This document shows positions 26,101 to 39,484 of a DNA stretch of 64,000 nucleotides, piece by piece. Within the stretch, counting starts at the first letter, position 1. Every line of letters begins with the position of its first letter. The stretch covers positions 75,516,001-75,580,000 of the forward strand of contig CM060732.1 in assembly GCA_030704615.1 (NCBI GenBank). The letters run 5' to 3'. Under the pieces are notes generated by a model that worked only from the letters and a program-made list of their open reading frames with translations, made no database searches and was not told where the DNA came from. A program made the translations under genes and the position numbers. This DNA comes from Takakia lepidozioides (taxonomy: Eukaryota; Plantae; Bryophyta).

Positions 26101-26826
26101 TGTCGCGGCCCTTTGCCTTGAGGACAGGGGGTCGGGACACAAGAGGGGCTGCCCCTATGGTGGGGGCAATGGCAACAATAGATGCGGGGGCTGAAGCACC
26201 CTTGAGTGCCCAAGGCACTCAAGGAGGCGGAGGCGCTCACTAGGTGGAGCCCCGCATACCGGGTTGCGGTGGGGATGATTCCACGAGGGGTGGTGGTAGC
26301 TTAGTGGGTCTTAGTGGGGGTGACATAGGACTCACCATGGGGCGGAAACCTTGTGGTGGGAGTCGTGGGGAGTCTTGGGACTCATCACGGCCCAATGGGG
26401 CCGTGGTGGGTGGGCCAAGACTCACCGCGACTCACCACCGGGAGTCGAGGGTTTTCGTGGTGGTTCGCCATAAAATGGCAGGGTTGTTTGTGAAACCCCT
26501 GCGGACAGTCACAAAAGTATATATATGGAGTAGTAACTCCGAGAACGGTGCAAGCCCGTTGGTGACCAAAAACTAGTGAGTAAACGTGCGAGCCGGAAAG
26601 CGACCAAGGTGTGGGGAGCTGTTTCGGACTGCCATCGACCAAAAGGAATTTCCATTTGGCCCAAATTGAGAGAGGGTCTAGTGGGAGAAGTAAAGGGGGA
26701 CCGTTATGTCCCGGTGAATAGCCGAAGCTCCGAGTTGGCCCGGCGGCCAGTTTGGGAGTTAGGCGCACGCATCAAAGCGAGTAACTATGACTTGAAGGGG
26801 AGCTTACTGAGATGAGGTGCGCGACA
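26101..26826 (+). repeat. Gypsy A 3' LTR
   Basis: Close match to 9403-10117; preceded by a degenerate G-rich PPT. Confidence 0.92.
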
Positions 26827-26831
26827 ACGTC

Positions 26832-29408
26832 CCTATAAGATTGGGCTCCCTAGACAAGTCGATAGAACTTACAATGTGATCATTTAGCTTGATTGGAAAT
26901 TTGGTGATTATACCTGACCGCCTTGGTTTGAACGATACCGTTTCTTTTGTGAGACTCTCGTTTTGATTGCAAGAAGGTGCAGATTCACCATCTGAGCTCC
27001 TCAACCGATCTTGTGAGGTGTGATCATGATCTGCATGCACTTCTGGGTCGACATGGCTTGAATCTAGATTCTCACTGTCACTTCCTTTTGCTGACTCGTT
27101 GGTAGTGTCTTTGAATATGCTCCAGAATTCACCATTCTGAGCTTCAGGGACCAGCTTTGCCCTTCGAAGTATTTTTCCGTGTTCTCCCATGCTCCCATTG
27201 GTTTTTCACTTGCCACAAACAACCTGTCTTGATCTGGCACCATTGGACCATCAGGTTTTGATAAATTGTTCTCGTTGAATTTCACAACACGGTTGTTTAT
27301 TATCTTGCGAGTGAGCGGATGAAAGAATCGATAGGCTTTGGATGGTTCATCGTACCCGACTAGCACACATCGGGTAATATTGGCGTCCATTGTCTTCCTT
27401 GCCTCCTTGCGAACATGAACGAAAGCTTCACAACCATAAACTTTTAAATGCCGAATATCAGGTTTCTTTCTCGAGAACAGCTCTTCGGGTGTCATCCCTT
27501 AATTGGCCCGTGTGGGTGACGTGTTCACCAAATAATTTGCAGGGTTCACCGCTTCAGTCCACAAACACTTGGGTATCTGGCTTTCTAAGAACATACTCCT
27601 CGCTTTCTCCATAATTATTCTGTTCTTTCTGAAACTCCATTTTGATGTGGGATATGAGCCTATGTGAGTTGACACCTAATCCAGTTTTGCTGGCAGAAGC
27701 TTACAAACTCCTACCAATAGGTACTCGCCACCCCTATCTGTCCTCAACATTTTAATTTTCCTGTTTGCCTGATTTTAAACTTCGTTCTTGAATACCTTGA
27801 ACAAGGGTTTCAGATTTTGCTCTCATAAAATAAATCCAAGTTTTTCGAGAGTAATCTTCAGTGAAAGTCACAAAAAAATTTGACCCCAACGGTGAGGGAA
27901 TAGATATGGGTACACATAGATCCGAACGAATTAGATCTAGAGCTTATTTTGCAAAAGTGGTTGATTTGGGAGTTCTCTCTTGAGTCTGCTTCCCTAGTTA
28001 GCATGCATCCCTCGCAGATGTGATCAGTTTTGGGTAATTTAGGAATCCCACTGACAATTTGGTTCTGACTTAGCCAATGAAGCGAGCGATAATTTATGTG
28101 GCCCAATCTGCGATGCCATAGCTTGACAACTTCTTCACTAGGTGACACCGATTCTGATTCTGCCGTGCAGATTTCAAGTTTGTACAAGCCATTTTGCGGA
28201 TCTCGACTCCTTGTAGCAACTACCGTATCTCCTTTGGATCTTTGGATTTTACCACTAGACACTCCTTGCCATCAAACATGGTAGTGTATCCTCAATCTGC
28301 GATCATTCCGACGGATAGGAGATTTTTTGTCAACCCAGGAACATACAAAACGTCAGTTATCTTCTTTATTGAGCCATTAGATGTGGTTACATTGACATCG
28401 CCGTTGCTGTAAACATGGTGCAGTTGTCCACCAACAGATTTTACACGTGAAACGTCTACCGGTTTTTTGATCTTGTGCATTTGACTACACTCCCCTGTGA
28501 CATGCTTTGTAGCACCAAAATCAAAATACCACGGCTTTGTTTCGTCAAGATCTATTGTTGTTACTTGTGCTTCACGTTTTCTTCGAAGACTTCGGCTCTT
28601 CCTTCTTCAGTTTCTTGAATGACGTTAGTTGATTCTTTTGGTTTGGCAGCTTTATGTGCATCATCCTTCTTCAAACAGTCTAGGGGCCAATGTCCAAATT
28701 ACTCTCCAAAGGTGTAACATTTACCTAGTCGTTTGCATTGTTTTTTCTGTTTGGAGCTAGACTGGTCTTTATCACTCATCAGTTTCTTGAACTTGATCAG
28801 TAACGCATAATCATCCGATTGCTTGACTCCTTTCAGCTCTCTTTGGTAAGATTCTTGCAAAAGCTTACTCACGATTTTGTCAAAGCATGGTACGTCGTCT
28901 TGTGAAGCAACACCCTGCACAAATGCTTCATAACTTTCTGGAAGAGCATTTAAAACAATTAGTACAATTTCATCTCCACAAAATGGTGTCACCAGACCTA
29001 GTCACTTGAACCATCAGATCCTTTACCATGAGAAAGAATTCATTCATGTTGGAGCCTTCCTCCATTCTTAAGGTCTGAATCTTGTTCCTCAGCATCAGTC
29101 TTCGTGCGTGCGGTGTTGGACTTGAACAACTCTTGTAGCTTGTTCCAACACTTTGCAAGGTCTTCCATATCTGGAATATACGGAATGATCTCATCTTTGA
29201 CCGCTAGACTGATGATCGTCAAAGCTCGCAGTCTTAGTTGTGTCTCCTCCTCCGTGTCTTGTACTAGTTGATTCAGATCATGCACAACTAAGTGCCACAA
29301 CATCTCTCTCATCTTGATGTTCTTGATGCGGAATCTCCACGCTGAGTAGTTAGACGTTCCCGCTAGTTTGCCGTTCTCATTCAACTGCGTGTCACTGTAG
29401 TTCGACAT
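26832..29408 (-). pseudogene. Copia gag, protease and integrase remnant
   Basis: KLAGTSNYSAWRFRI (gag), WYFDFGATKHVTG (PR), LWHRRLGH...CEGC (pre-integrase), TPEELFSRKKPDIRHLKVYGC (IN C-terminus). Confidence 0.9.
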
Positions 29409-29597
29409 CCTTGAGAAACAGATCCTTCTAGATTGGTTTCTATCTGATCTCTCAGATCGAGTGTCTTTTTCTATCTAAGGTTCGCTTGAACTCATCTAGT
29501 AGCGTTGAAGAACCAACTGAGAGCTACGCACATCAATGACTATTCATGTGCTAGCTAAGGGTCATGAAGCTGCGAACAAGCTAGAGCTCTAATACCA

Positions 29598-29819
29598 TGT
29601 AGAAAAAAAGCTTGTGCACTGAACAATGAGTATCAAGATTAGAGAGAGGTGATTTATACAGGATGTTCACCTTATCACTAATAAAGACTAACTACCGAAA
29701 ATCACTCTGGTTCATAGACTATTCGGTGTACAGGTTGGCTGAGCAAGTTGGCATAATAAGTGCAATCTATCTAACTCTAAGTCTTATCTATAGTTGATTT
29801 AAGGTATGTAATGTTTAGA
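29598..29819 (-). repeat. Copia 5' LTR
   Basis: Adjacent to the PBS; matches 7070-7198. Confidence 0.9.
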
Positions 29820-29824
29820 ACATG

Positions 29825-31300
29825 TTTGAAAGAAATCAAATAGTCGCCCAACACTCCTCTCAACCACCCCTTGGATGGAGGTGCTCATAGTCCCTGGCCT
29901 TCTAAATTAGCGGACAAGGACGAGGCTGAGATCAATTGGAAACACAAAAAGGTCCACCCGGAATCTAAGGTGAAGGAGCATCTCAAATTTTGAGCAACTC
30001 CGTCACAAGCGCTAAAACTCAAATTGATTGGGATATTGGCCGTCTCAACCAGTGTTGTACTAGTATGTCCATTTTGACATACCAGACTGGTATTGGTAGG
30101 TCCAACTTGGCTCTTGGGTCCAACTGGTAGGGCCCGGGGTAGATTAGGACTGGTCAGGGTAGGTTATAGAATGGGTATGGGTATTTCCAATTTTGAGATA
30201 CCATGGTCCCAGGCATGGGTATGGCAAAAACTCAAATGACATATGGGGGGAGCATATGCAATGGTATGGTATACCCTAACAGTCATCATACTATATTCAA
30301 AGCTGAAATTAAAACCAGATTGAGGGCAACATACAAAAGGTAAAAAAAAATTGCAATCACACATGCCCATGCAAACTAATTTGTATTGCTCATAAATTAG
30401 TGAAGGTCTTTGTATTGTAAGGCTGGATTGTAACAAATGGGAGAAAAATCTCGATGCCATGACAAGAATCGAAGAAATCCTGCATATTGTACCTTGTATG
30501 CTGATCATTGTACACCATACCTTCTACCCCTATTGTATCATTACACATACCCATGGTAGCTTGGGTTCATCAATCCTCAATACGGGTCTCAAGCGGAGTA
30601 TGAAAGTAGTTCATAGTTAGACTGGTATGGTAGGTAGGGGGGTATGTCCACTGTTCAAAACCCGGGTCCATGGTATAGCGGGGGTATATGCCCTGAGGCA
30701 TACCCAACTGGTATGTTCTACAATACCCTTACTCATACCAGTGCACATACCCCGGCCTACTGGCACATACCAATACAACACGGGTCTCAACCCTTTGGTC
30801 TCCTCCAAATTTCTGTTATTGGCTCTCTGATTTAATGTTTTTTGGCACTCCCCTCGGCTCTAACTGAGACTGTTCCCCAAAGCAGTTTTTACCTTTTTTT
30901 TTGCAAGGCTCAGATAGGACTCCACAGGCATTCCTCAGTCACCGAGATTTTCTCGACTCTTCTTTAGACCCTCCCCTGCTCCTCTATAATAACACATTTT
31001 AGGTATCCAACAGCTATAGTCTCACAACTCTTCCTCAGGCTTCATCTGGTTTTTTGCTTTTGTAACAATGCACCCTCAAGAAGGTACATGCTACATTCTT
31101 CAAAGGTTTCTCCCTTCATAGTCTTGGAACTTCACACAATACTCGGGCTACTCCATTGCATTCTTTAAGGGCTTCTCCTTTCATAGTTGTGGACTTGTTC
31201 AATGGTTCACATAGTACTCGAGGTTACTCCATTTCATTACCTGCTTTTTACATTTCCTAGTTTGGAAGGTTCGAGTATTATCCGATCCCTCCGATGTAAC
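29825..31300 (+). pseudogene. Probable 3' continuation of the LINE split by the copia; end approximate
   Basis: Lies directly beyond the copia TSD; too decayed for firm motifs. Confidence 0.35.
30050..30783. mobile_element. Non-autonomous hAT-like element
   Basis: TIR CAGTGTTGTACTAGTATGT / ACATACCAATACAACACGG; perfect 8-bp TSD GTCTCAAC. Confidence 0.88.
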
Positions 31301-31410
31301 TGCCTCATGGCCTTGCCAGGGTTATATTTTTTCGGCCTTTTAAATTGATCTTTGGGGCTTGTGTCCCATTTCTTAACCCCCCCCCCAAAAAAAAGGGTAA
31401 AAAAGGGAGA

Positions 31411-31873
31411 GCAATGGAGCGGCCAATGGGAACGGAGGCCAGTGGGTGTTGGAATGGTTCATATGTGAGGCCATGTATAAAGAGAGCATAGAAATAGGTC
31501 GATATGTGAGGCGGTGGGGGCTCATTCTAGAGCTTTCTAGAAAAGTAGGATGAGGCAATGGGGCCTTTACTGGCGCCCGAGACGGTATATAAAAGAAAAT
31601 GAGGGCTATCTTCTACATGGCAATGGAGCAGCCAATGGGGAAGGAGACCACTAGGTGTTGGAATGGCTGTTATCTGAGGCCATGTGCGGAGGAGAGCATA
31701 AAAGTAGGTCGATATGTGATAGGTCGATATGTGAGGCAGTGGGGGCGGTGGGAGCTCCTTCCAGGGCTTTTCATTGAAATAGGATGAGGCGGTGCGGCCC
31801 TCCTTCTATAAGTCTGTACCACAGACGCCTGAGATAGTATTTAAAGGAAGGTGAGGGCTATCTTCTACATGGC
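31411..31873. repeat. Two-copy diverged tandem repeat (about 210-250 bp unit)
   Basis: Both units start CAATGGAGC.GCCAATGGG and end GAGGGCTATCTTCTACATGGC. Confidence 0.8.
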
Positions 31874-32084
31874 TTCTTTTGCCTCAACCCTACTTTGGTG
31901 GGCCTTGCAAGCAGAGCCCTTTAAAAATGTAAATTGGAATTTGAACCATCTTTAAATGAATAGAAACGTTAATAAAGGCCCTAGAGTCTTATTTTGGGCT
32001 TATTCAGCTCAGCTCTTCTATCAATTAGTATAGCTATGGTTCATGTTTGCGTCTTTTTTTGCTAAAGTAGATATTAACTTAATA

Positions 32085-32400
32085 AGTAGTAAGAGGCAAG
32101 GGAGGAGAGCGCTTTCCTACTTTATATACCCTCTAAGGGCGGCGCCTGGACCCATCAAGCGGTGGGGGACTTTTCTAGAAGGTTGCCCCACACATGTCAC
32201 CCCTAGAAACCACCACTTGACACATGTACTCTCCTTACCCCAATTTGGTGCCTGGACCATCCTCCATTTAATTGTTGTCGCCTTCATACTGTCTTTTTTT
32301 TTGGACCCCCTTACACATGGGTTATTTCTTCAAATTCTTATATATCCCGCCTTTTTAATTCCTGGACCTCTAATGGACTTAAGGGCCCACACAAACTTGG
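32085..32400 (+). repeat. Dispersed repeat, second copy at ~60210-60480
   Basis: Shared TATATACCC...AGGGCGG...CTAGAAG...CCACCACTTGACAC...CCCCAATTT blocks. Confidence 0.6.
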
Positions 32401-33097
32401 GGGGCTTATTGGACATATGCCCAATGTTACACCTTAACATCACGTAAAAATAATAAGGTGGCAATGGTTATGGATGATTGGGTGCCATAGTAGTTGTTTT
32501 GGAACCAGTTCTCTCCTTCACATAGAGTCACTCATTTTGTCCAAATATAATGTTTTTAGTCATTTTAAAGCTTACCTTGCCAGCTTTGTAATGAACTTGA
32601 ACGGTTGAAATATATTAAAATATTCATCCTATAGGGATGAAAACGTCGTTAAGTGTAAGGTCATAGGCCAACATACCATACTCATACCTTTTCAGCCTGC
32701 TGCATGCTACGAATGGTACTTTAATTAGTCAACTAAAACTGGCACATAGAGACACCGTCAGTTACCTCATTTGAGTCTTTTATAAAGCTTTACAGAGATT
32801 CAGAGACAGATTGTTTATGAAGTGATGTGGAACTCCCCAATGGCGCTCTTGGAAATACCAAACCTCATGCCTCATAAACACGGGGGTGTCTGCCCTCCCT
32901 CAAAAGGGGGGAAAGAAAACACCCACAGATTGTTCCTGAAGAGAGGTGGAACTGACGTGTCTCACGGAATGGCGCTCTTCTCTCAAAGGGGAAAAGACAC
33001 CGACAGATTGTTTCTGAAAAGAGGTGGAACAGGTAAGTAAAAGACCAAATCTCACGACTCATAAAAACTGGATTTTTCTGCCCTGCCTCCTCAAAAG

Positions 33098-33375
33098 CAG
33101 CCTGGCGAATTTACGGCAAATTTCGACCTCAGAAAAACAAATGGAATATTCTGTAGAAAATTCCATTTGTTTTTTCATGGATGAAATCGCCAAATTTCTC
33201 CAAATGAAAAATAAATTATAGATGAATTCGCCAAATATGGATGATATAAATGGATTTATGTACGGAAATGGATGATTCTGTCCTAATTTAAGTGGATGAA
33301 CAGAATGTATGGCTAGTTTTTGCCAAACTCTGTAGCCACTCGCGCTTTTTTTCAAATTCCAGAAAAAAAACACTG
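33098..33375. mobile_element. hAT-like MITE
   Basis: Perfect 8-bp TSD CTCAAAAG; CAG...CTG ends; related copy at 39485-39760. Confidence 0.75.
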
Positions 33376-34890
33376 CTCAAAAGAGGGGAAAAGAACAGGT
33401 TGGTAGCGTGGGCGTCGTGAAGGTCACGCGCCACCAAACGTGAGGCGCAAGTGCAAAAGTTCAAAAGCACTGGCATGCCCACGAGGGCGGTCAGATCTGC
33501 GCATGCAATGGTTCGGTAGGCACGCGCAAATGCAGAGAGGGCCAAGGCTTCGTTGACGTATTCTCACCTACTTTTGTAATCGTGGGTCCCCCCACTGTTT
33601 GATCGAGGATAAAGCTTGCGCAGCTCTCCAGGTGTAAGTGGTGCAGGCCACAGAGAAGATGATAGGGATAAAGCGGGCACCTGAGTGGGTGTGCGGCATA
33701 GCACAGCGCCGTAACTTATCTCTTGACCCTCCGTGCATTTGCTCTCCCTTGCGATTGCATGTCTCTCCATTGCCTCCAGCGAGACCAACTTCCTGCAGGT
33801 GGGTCGCAATCAAAGGACGCGACATAAGGCCCACCACAGCGCCTGGGGATCCGTGAATTATACGAGGTCAGTTGACATGTAACAAGCCTCATCAAATGGG
33901 GCTCTCTTGCTTTGGCAAAACATAAGAGGAAGGGGAGACTAACTTAGAGAGCATGACAGCACCACACACCACACACCAATCGGAGCCTTGGCACCGTGTA
34001 AGGTCCTTTGACCACATTTTCACCCTTGACTTCAACATGATGCGTAGTCTCTCTTTCAGTTTGACCAGATCTGACAAAGGAGAAAATATCTAGAAGGATT
34101 TGCAGTTCCCTAGCAAATGATTTTCCTGAATACCTCCCCGAAAACCTAACGGGACGGTTTGAATATCGACACAAGTGCTGATGCAACAAGAACGTGAAGG
34201 TTGAGGGCATCTACAATATCCACGCGCACCTTTACCTCTCTTTCCACCTTCTGCAGACGTTGGCTTCCATAAGCTTTACATCGTTTGAACTGCTTCCTCG
34301 AGCACTTCAGGCTGTTTAGAGTTCAACTTTCTCGATCAACTCGTTTGGCTAGACCACAAGTTCTTAATCTCTTTCTTGAATATAACTGCCATCCAGCCAC
34401 AATAGGGTTATGACCTCCTTGGACGCAAATGTGCGCAAGACTTGAAACCTCCTGTCCTCTTTCACCACGCTCTTCTTTCAGTAAGATGGCACTGGAATGG
34501 AAAAAATGGAAAGACATCGATGAACGACACTCCAGTTCGACCTTCAAGCCTAAGAAAGTAACCAAAGAAGAAGGCATTGTTGTGAAGCTAGTGAAGGAAT
34601 CACCTGGTAACAAGTGACAACCTTCACAATCCAACTCCAGAGCGAAAGCTATTAGAATGTAGGTCACAGGAGGAGCCAAGCTTACTTGAAATTTATTACC
34701 TATACAACTCTCATCACTACGTACAATGTGGAAATTTCCCGAGAGGGACCCTATGCTTTTGAAGAAATGGGGTTTACATAACCCATTAAAGTGGATCAAC
34801 CGTGCAGGTTACAACCAACCTTAGCGGCACATGTATCACTGAAAGACAGGGTGAGGTAGATAGCTGTCTTATGTGAGGGCCTACATCAGT

Positions 34891-37800
34891 CTAGCGCATG
34901 CAAAACTGCTTCTGAGCTTCTGCTTCACCAGAAGGATTGACGTCACGAGGGGGTTGAGGTGGCAGTGGGGGTTTATGCAGCCGGTGCCGCATGCCCCGTA
35001 CACCCCATGTCCAGGTCTTTGCCCTTGAAGATGAAAATGGAGGCTCTGGCTTCCACTCTTCAGCCTTCTCCACCTTTATTTCCCCTTTCACTTGGGCATT
35101 GATTGCTGGAGCATCTTCTTCTGCTTCAAGTCCTAGGTTGTGCTTTCCAAGCAGTGAACTACGGCCAAGAGTAGGGGCAGTGTGTGTGAAGCCATGTGGA
35201 CCATCTTGCTCGTCTCTCTGCTGGTGGCCATGAAGGGAATTGCCTGCAGGCAAAGGAGAATCACACCCATCTTCTCTCAAACACTTTGTTGTAGCTGCAG
35301 CAGCAGAACTGAATGCCTCCTCAACCTGTGAAAGCTTCTCTCTCTGGATCTCCAGACCAGACTTTATGAAAAGAAGAGGGGTAGGGGCCTGGCTTGTAGT
35401 ACAGGAAGACACATTGCTGTCTTTGAGGTGTGACACATGGTTTATCTCTGGCACAGCCGAACATCCTCTCACGTCCTTGCAAGGAGCCTTTCCTAGTCTG
35501 GAAACCACCTGTGCCAAGAGCCCAGTATTTAATTGTCAAAACCATTTGCACATTATTGTAAAAACGGAAAAAAAGAAAGCTCTCCTGTCAGTCACTTCCT
35601 GCCTTCAAAATCGCCTCCATTCCAACTTCCATTCCAATCTCTTACGCCTTTCTCTCACCTAGTAAACCCTCTTCCACCCAGTGACCCATCCACACAAAAT
35701 TGCAATATGAATGCAGCTATAGCAAAACAACCATAAGAAAAACTAACAAGGACATCAACTACTACCTGGTCCAACACACTCCTCCCTGCCAATCTCTGCT
35801 GATCTTTATCTGGGAAACTTTTCAAAGAGCCAAGGGCAGACGCACGATTGCACTTGCTCTCAACCATCAAGTCCTCCATTAGCAATGTATCCTGGTAGTG
35901 CATAAGGACTTGCTGAGTTGGCTCAATCTTTGGGCTAATGATGGCTTGGGCCACCTCTGCTTGTACACGCTCTTCAGCAACATACTGCTTTAGCATTTTT
36001 AAGTCCCTCCATGCAAGCTCTTGCTGTGTCACCTTGTTCCTTTTTGCAAGGAACACATCAGCTGCCACAGTAAGCATGGACAAGGTTCATCAGCATGGAG
36101 ATTCACATGCTGAGTGAAGCCTTTTGTCAGTTAACCAATGTGGGCATGTACTGTTGCCATTGCCCTGTCAAGTCTACCAAGTATCTCAACCTACTACGCT
36201 TTCAGAAGCCAACGGGTAGAACCAATGCTGCAAGTATGGAAACATCAACGTCAAAATAGAAGAAGCAAACATTTCCTATGCAGCTATCATGGACACCGTA
36301 CCGTCCCTCCCTTTTCTCCTACTGTCCCTTTTTCTTTTAATTCTACACGAACTTAATGACACAGGCACACTGTAGGAGTCAGACATGCAATGTGAGTTAA
36401 AAAGGAAAAGCACTCAAATCAGGAAGACTACCGTTGCCAAGTTCAAACTCAACAGATCTTTTCTGTGCTGACATGGAAGTATCCTTTTTCAGGACAGCAC
36501 CAACCAGCAATTTCCCATTGCTTTGCAATCGCTTCTGCCACACTCGCCGCACCCAGTCCCTTTCTGGGGCCTCACCACCACTTTCAACCCCTTTCTGCTC
36601 AGGGTCCTCACTCTCACTGCTTTCTACATCAACTCTTATCAACCTTTCCTCCCTCCCGTCCATCCACTCCTTCCTATTTCTGTCACCCACATTGATCTGC
36701 TGAGAAGGCGCCATTACCGAACAGGGCTCCTCAACATTACCAACCACATTGCCTGGTACAGTAGGTGACATCAAACCCCCCAAGGTTGTGCTTATTGCCA
36801 TCTTTGGTTTAAAGTGCTGAATCCAAGGGCTAGCGACCAGGGAAGGGGATGAGGAAAATGCTGTCTCCAGAGTCTGGGGTCTGTAGTAGGCCTTCTGCTG
36901 ATAGGAGCCACATTGCAGTAGCTCAAAGAGCTGAAAAATCCAAAGGTTGCTGTCAATAATTGTACAGAAAGCAACAAACCAAAACTTCCCTCCTTTTACA
37001 GATGCGGGAAAACACTTGCTTGAACAAAACCATGAAAACAGAACATTTGGAACTTAATGACTAGGAGTAAGTCAAGATGGGTACATTGCCCTTCAAGAGT
37101 CATTCTGAAACACTCATTTTGGCTATTCATCTAAAGCCATACTACAAACTAAAGGAAGAGTACAGGCACAAACCTCAACAGGATTTGATGTGCAGCATGC
37201 ATAAGCATCTGCAAGTCGAGACTCTGCACTGTCTCGTTCATTTGGCCCTAACTTCTCACATGCGTCCGAGGCACAGTACTCCTGCTGGTACAGACTTCTC
37301 ACAAACGTGTCCTCAATGGAATTAAGATATGAGCTATGCTTGTCATCTGTCCATGTTGTCCCCCCTGACTCACGCTTCCTTGGAATCTGCAGAATGTAGA
37401 GGAATGCCAATCAGATTCCACTGACCCATTCCATTAGCAAGTACTTGTCAACATTTCATTTGAATTTACCATGTGTGTTATAATAAGATGCAGACAGGTA
37501 GTTTGGAACATTTGCACTGAGCTCAACTCATGAACTCAGTTAGGCGATGCCTGTGACGCCCCCTTTCTGACTCCAACCAAGGTTCAAAGCATGGCCACTC
37601 ACAGCCAGCAGCGGAGGAATCAGTCCGCAGACGACTGCAATGTCAAGGAAGACCATGGTCTGGCTTACTTATCGTCTGGCTATGAGGACTGCCAATGCCA
37701 CAGGGACTACGCCAGCTTGAGAGAGGTCCCTTTACATATTAGTAGTCTGGGTGAAGGTGAGACATATAATCCATCTCAAAGGCACAACTCTGGCTGTATA

Positions 37801-38578
37801 GTCTGTAATTCAGAGTATGAGGAGTTCTGCAGACATCAATGGTTTGGTAGAGCAACCCGTGATACTTACAGACCTAAGAGATGGAAATGCCAAGGCGACA
37901 ACTACACAAACATTCTACCAAGACATTTGCTTGCGAAAGAAGGGGAAAAAAAAAGGGACGTGCACTGAAAGCACTGCTGCCATTCCGTCCAGCTCAACCT
38001 GATTGACTATCATGATACAAATTCTGAGCTTCAACGATTGGCGAAGAAGCTACCTTGCGATTGCTAGTTTCCGACTCATCCGTGTCGAAGGCTTCCTGCT
38101 CCTTCCAGCTGTTTTCGTCTTCGTTGTCTGAGATGCAACGACCCTCTTTCAAGCCCAAGCCTTCCTGATCCTCCTTCGCGGCCGCCTCGCATGACACCAT
38201 TTTAACCCCCGAGGGAGTCCTACCAAAGTGCGCCTCATCGTAGGCCGTCACAGAGTTCCCATCTGACGTGGTTAAGCTATTGAAAGATCCACCCGATTCT
38301 GCTGAGGACTCCATTTCTTCTAAACTTTCTAACCTAGAGTCCGACACGCTACTTGTTGTTCTAGCATTTGAGGGGCAGAATGTGGCCATCGATGCCAGCA
38401 TTGCAATAGACTGCTTGCGAGGGGTGCCAGAGCCGCATCCATTCCGAGCGTCCCTGACCCTGATTGACGTGTCCGTCGGTACCCTTTCCAGACTAAGGGG
38501 CCGATGCAAGCAGTGCGTCCCTTCCATTCCTCTCATTTGCACGCTGCAAACTTCTGCGCTGCTGTTGCGTGCAACCAT
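34891..38578 (-). CDS. Cold-regulated COR27/COR28-like protein, multi-exon; 3' exons uncertain
   Basis: Family motifs WTDDKHSSYLNSIEDTFVRSLY (exon starting 37386) and LVASPWIQHFKP (~36830); first coding exon 38578-37999 with GT/AG sites. Confidence 0.72.
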
Positions 38579-39484
38579 CCCTGACCTCAGCCTTCCTCCA
38601 AAACCTGCTGTCGCTCCGGGCTACAACATGGCGCGCCCGGATGCGCGCAGCTGTGAGAAACTACCAACACATACAATTCTGCTCTCTCACCACCGCCGTT
38701 CAACTGTTTCCTCTCTCATCTTCTTCACCAAGCATACAATGCTTGAGTCCAGCAAGAACTCGTGAAGCGATTGAATGCAAGTGCGGTAGCGACCATAGTC
38801 AGCAGCCGTAATTTGCTGGGAAAGTTTTCTGGACCAAGCAGTGGACTGGAACAAAAATAGCCCGCCAGCTAACAGAAAGATTTCCCCTTCCCATTGAAGC
38901 TGCGTCTCAAGAGGAAAAACAAAAGCATACAATGAAAGCAAGGAGCATGGAGGGACCAACAACACAACTAAATCCACGAACTTTACGTGTCGATCGTTTC
39001 AAGTCGAAGGCAACAGGAATAAAAGAAGCGGCGGCACAGCTATCTCCACACAAGTCACTTCAAAATAACCGACTCGAAGCTTGTGCGCAATACATCAAGA
39101 TAAAGAAAAACAATTCAAAAAGCAATGAAAGAACAAAAAGCACGCAACACCAGCAACATTCCAGCAAAAATCCTGTTCGTGCCGAGCTGTGTGACAGGAA
39201 AGACGAGGAAGAACAGCTTCAAGAGACTGATATTTCACAGATTCTTTCCCCTTCCACATCACAGGGCGGAGTAATTAGGTACGAGGCGAGGTGGATGGCG
39301 GAGAATGCCAGTGCAGATATCGGATGTGCGGCCATAGCCCGCATCTCCGAGCAGAGTGTGAGCTGCCGCAGTCCACCATCGTCTGTGACCCGCACTCCTA
39401 CCTACTGACCGCGCAGCATACCACCATCAACCGCGCAGATTCTTTATTTTCTGTTTATCTAATTCTCCGCAATTTTTAATGGAG

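Larger units (their letters stand above)
9403..26826 (+). mobile_element. Ty3/gypsy chromovirus, Galadriel-like (gypsy A)
   Basis: LTRs 9403-10117 and 26101-26826 (TGTCGCG...CGCGACA); PBS TGGTATCAGAGC 10120-10131; TSD GCGTC/ACGTC; order gag-PR-RT-RH-IN; RH motif RRWPMHEKEMKGVVHCL resembles the Galadriel clade. Confidence 0.88.
7070..29819 (-). mobile_element. Ty1/copia LTR retrotransposon, degenerate, expanded by nested insertions
   Basis: LTRs 29598-29819 (5') and 7070-7198 (3', TGTAGAAA...TTTCTACA); PBS TGGTATTAGAGC (iMet) at 29586-29597; TSD ACACG/ACATG; order gag-PR-IN-RT-RH on the minus strand. Confidence 0.92.

Noticed and set aside
26244-26576. 110-aa ORF repeated at 61611..61943
   Set aside because: It lies in the GC-rich LTR, has a GTG start and is frameshifted in the 5' LTR; the repetition only reflects LTR copies.
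31470-31515. CTCACATATCG plus TATA-like motif as an snRNA USE/TATA promoter
   Set aside because: Poor match to RTCCCACATCG, spacing too short, and no recognisable snRNA downstream.
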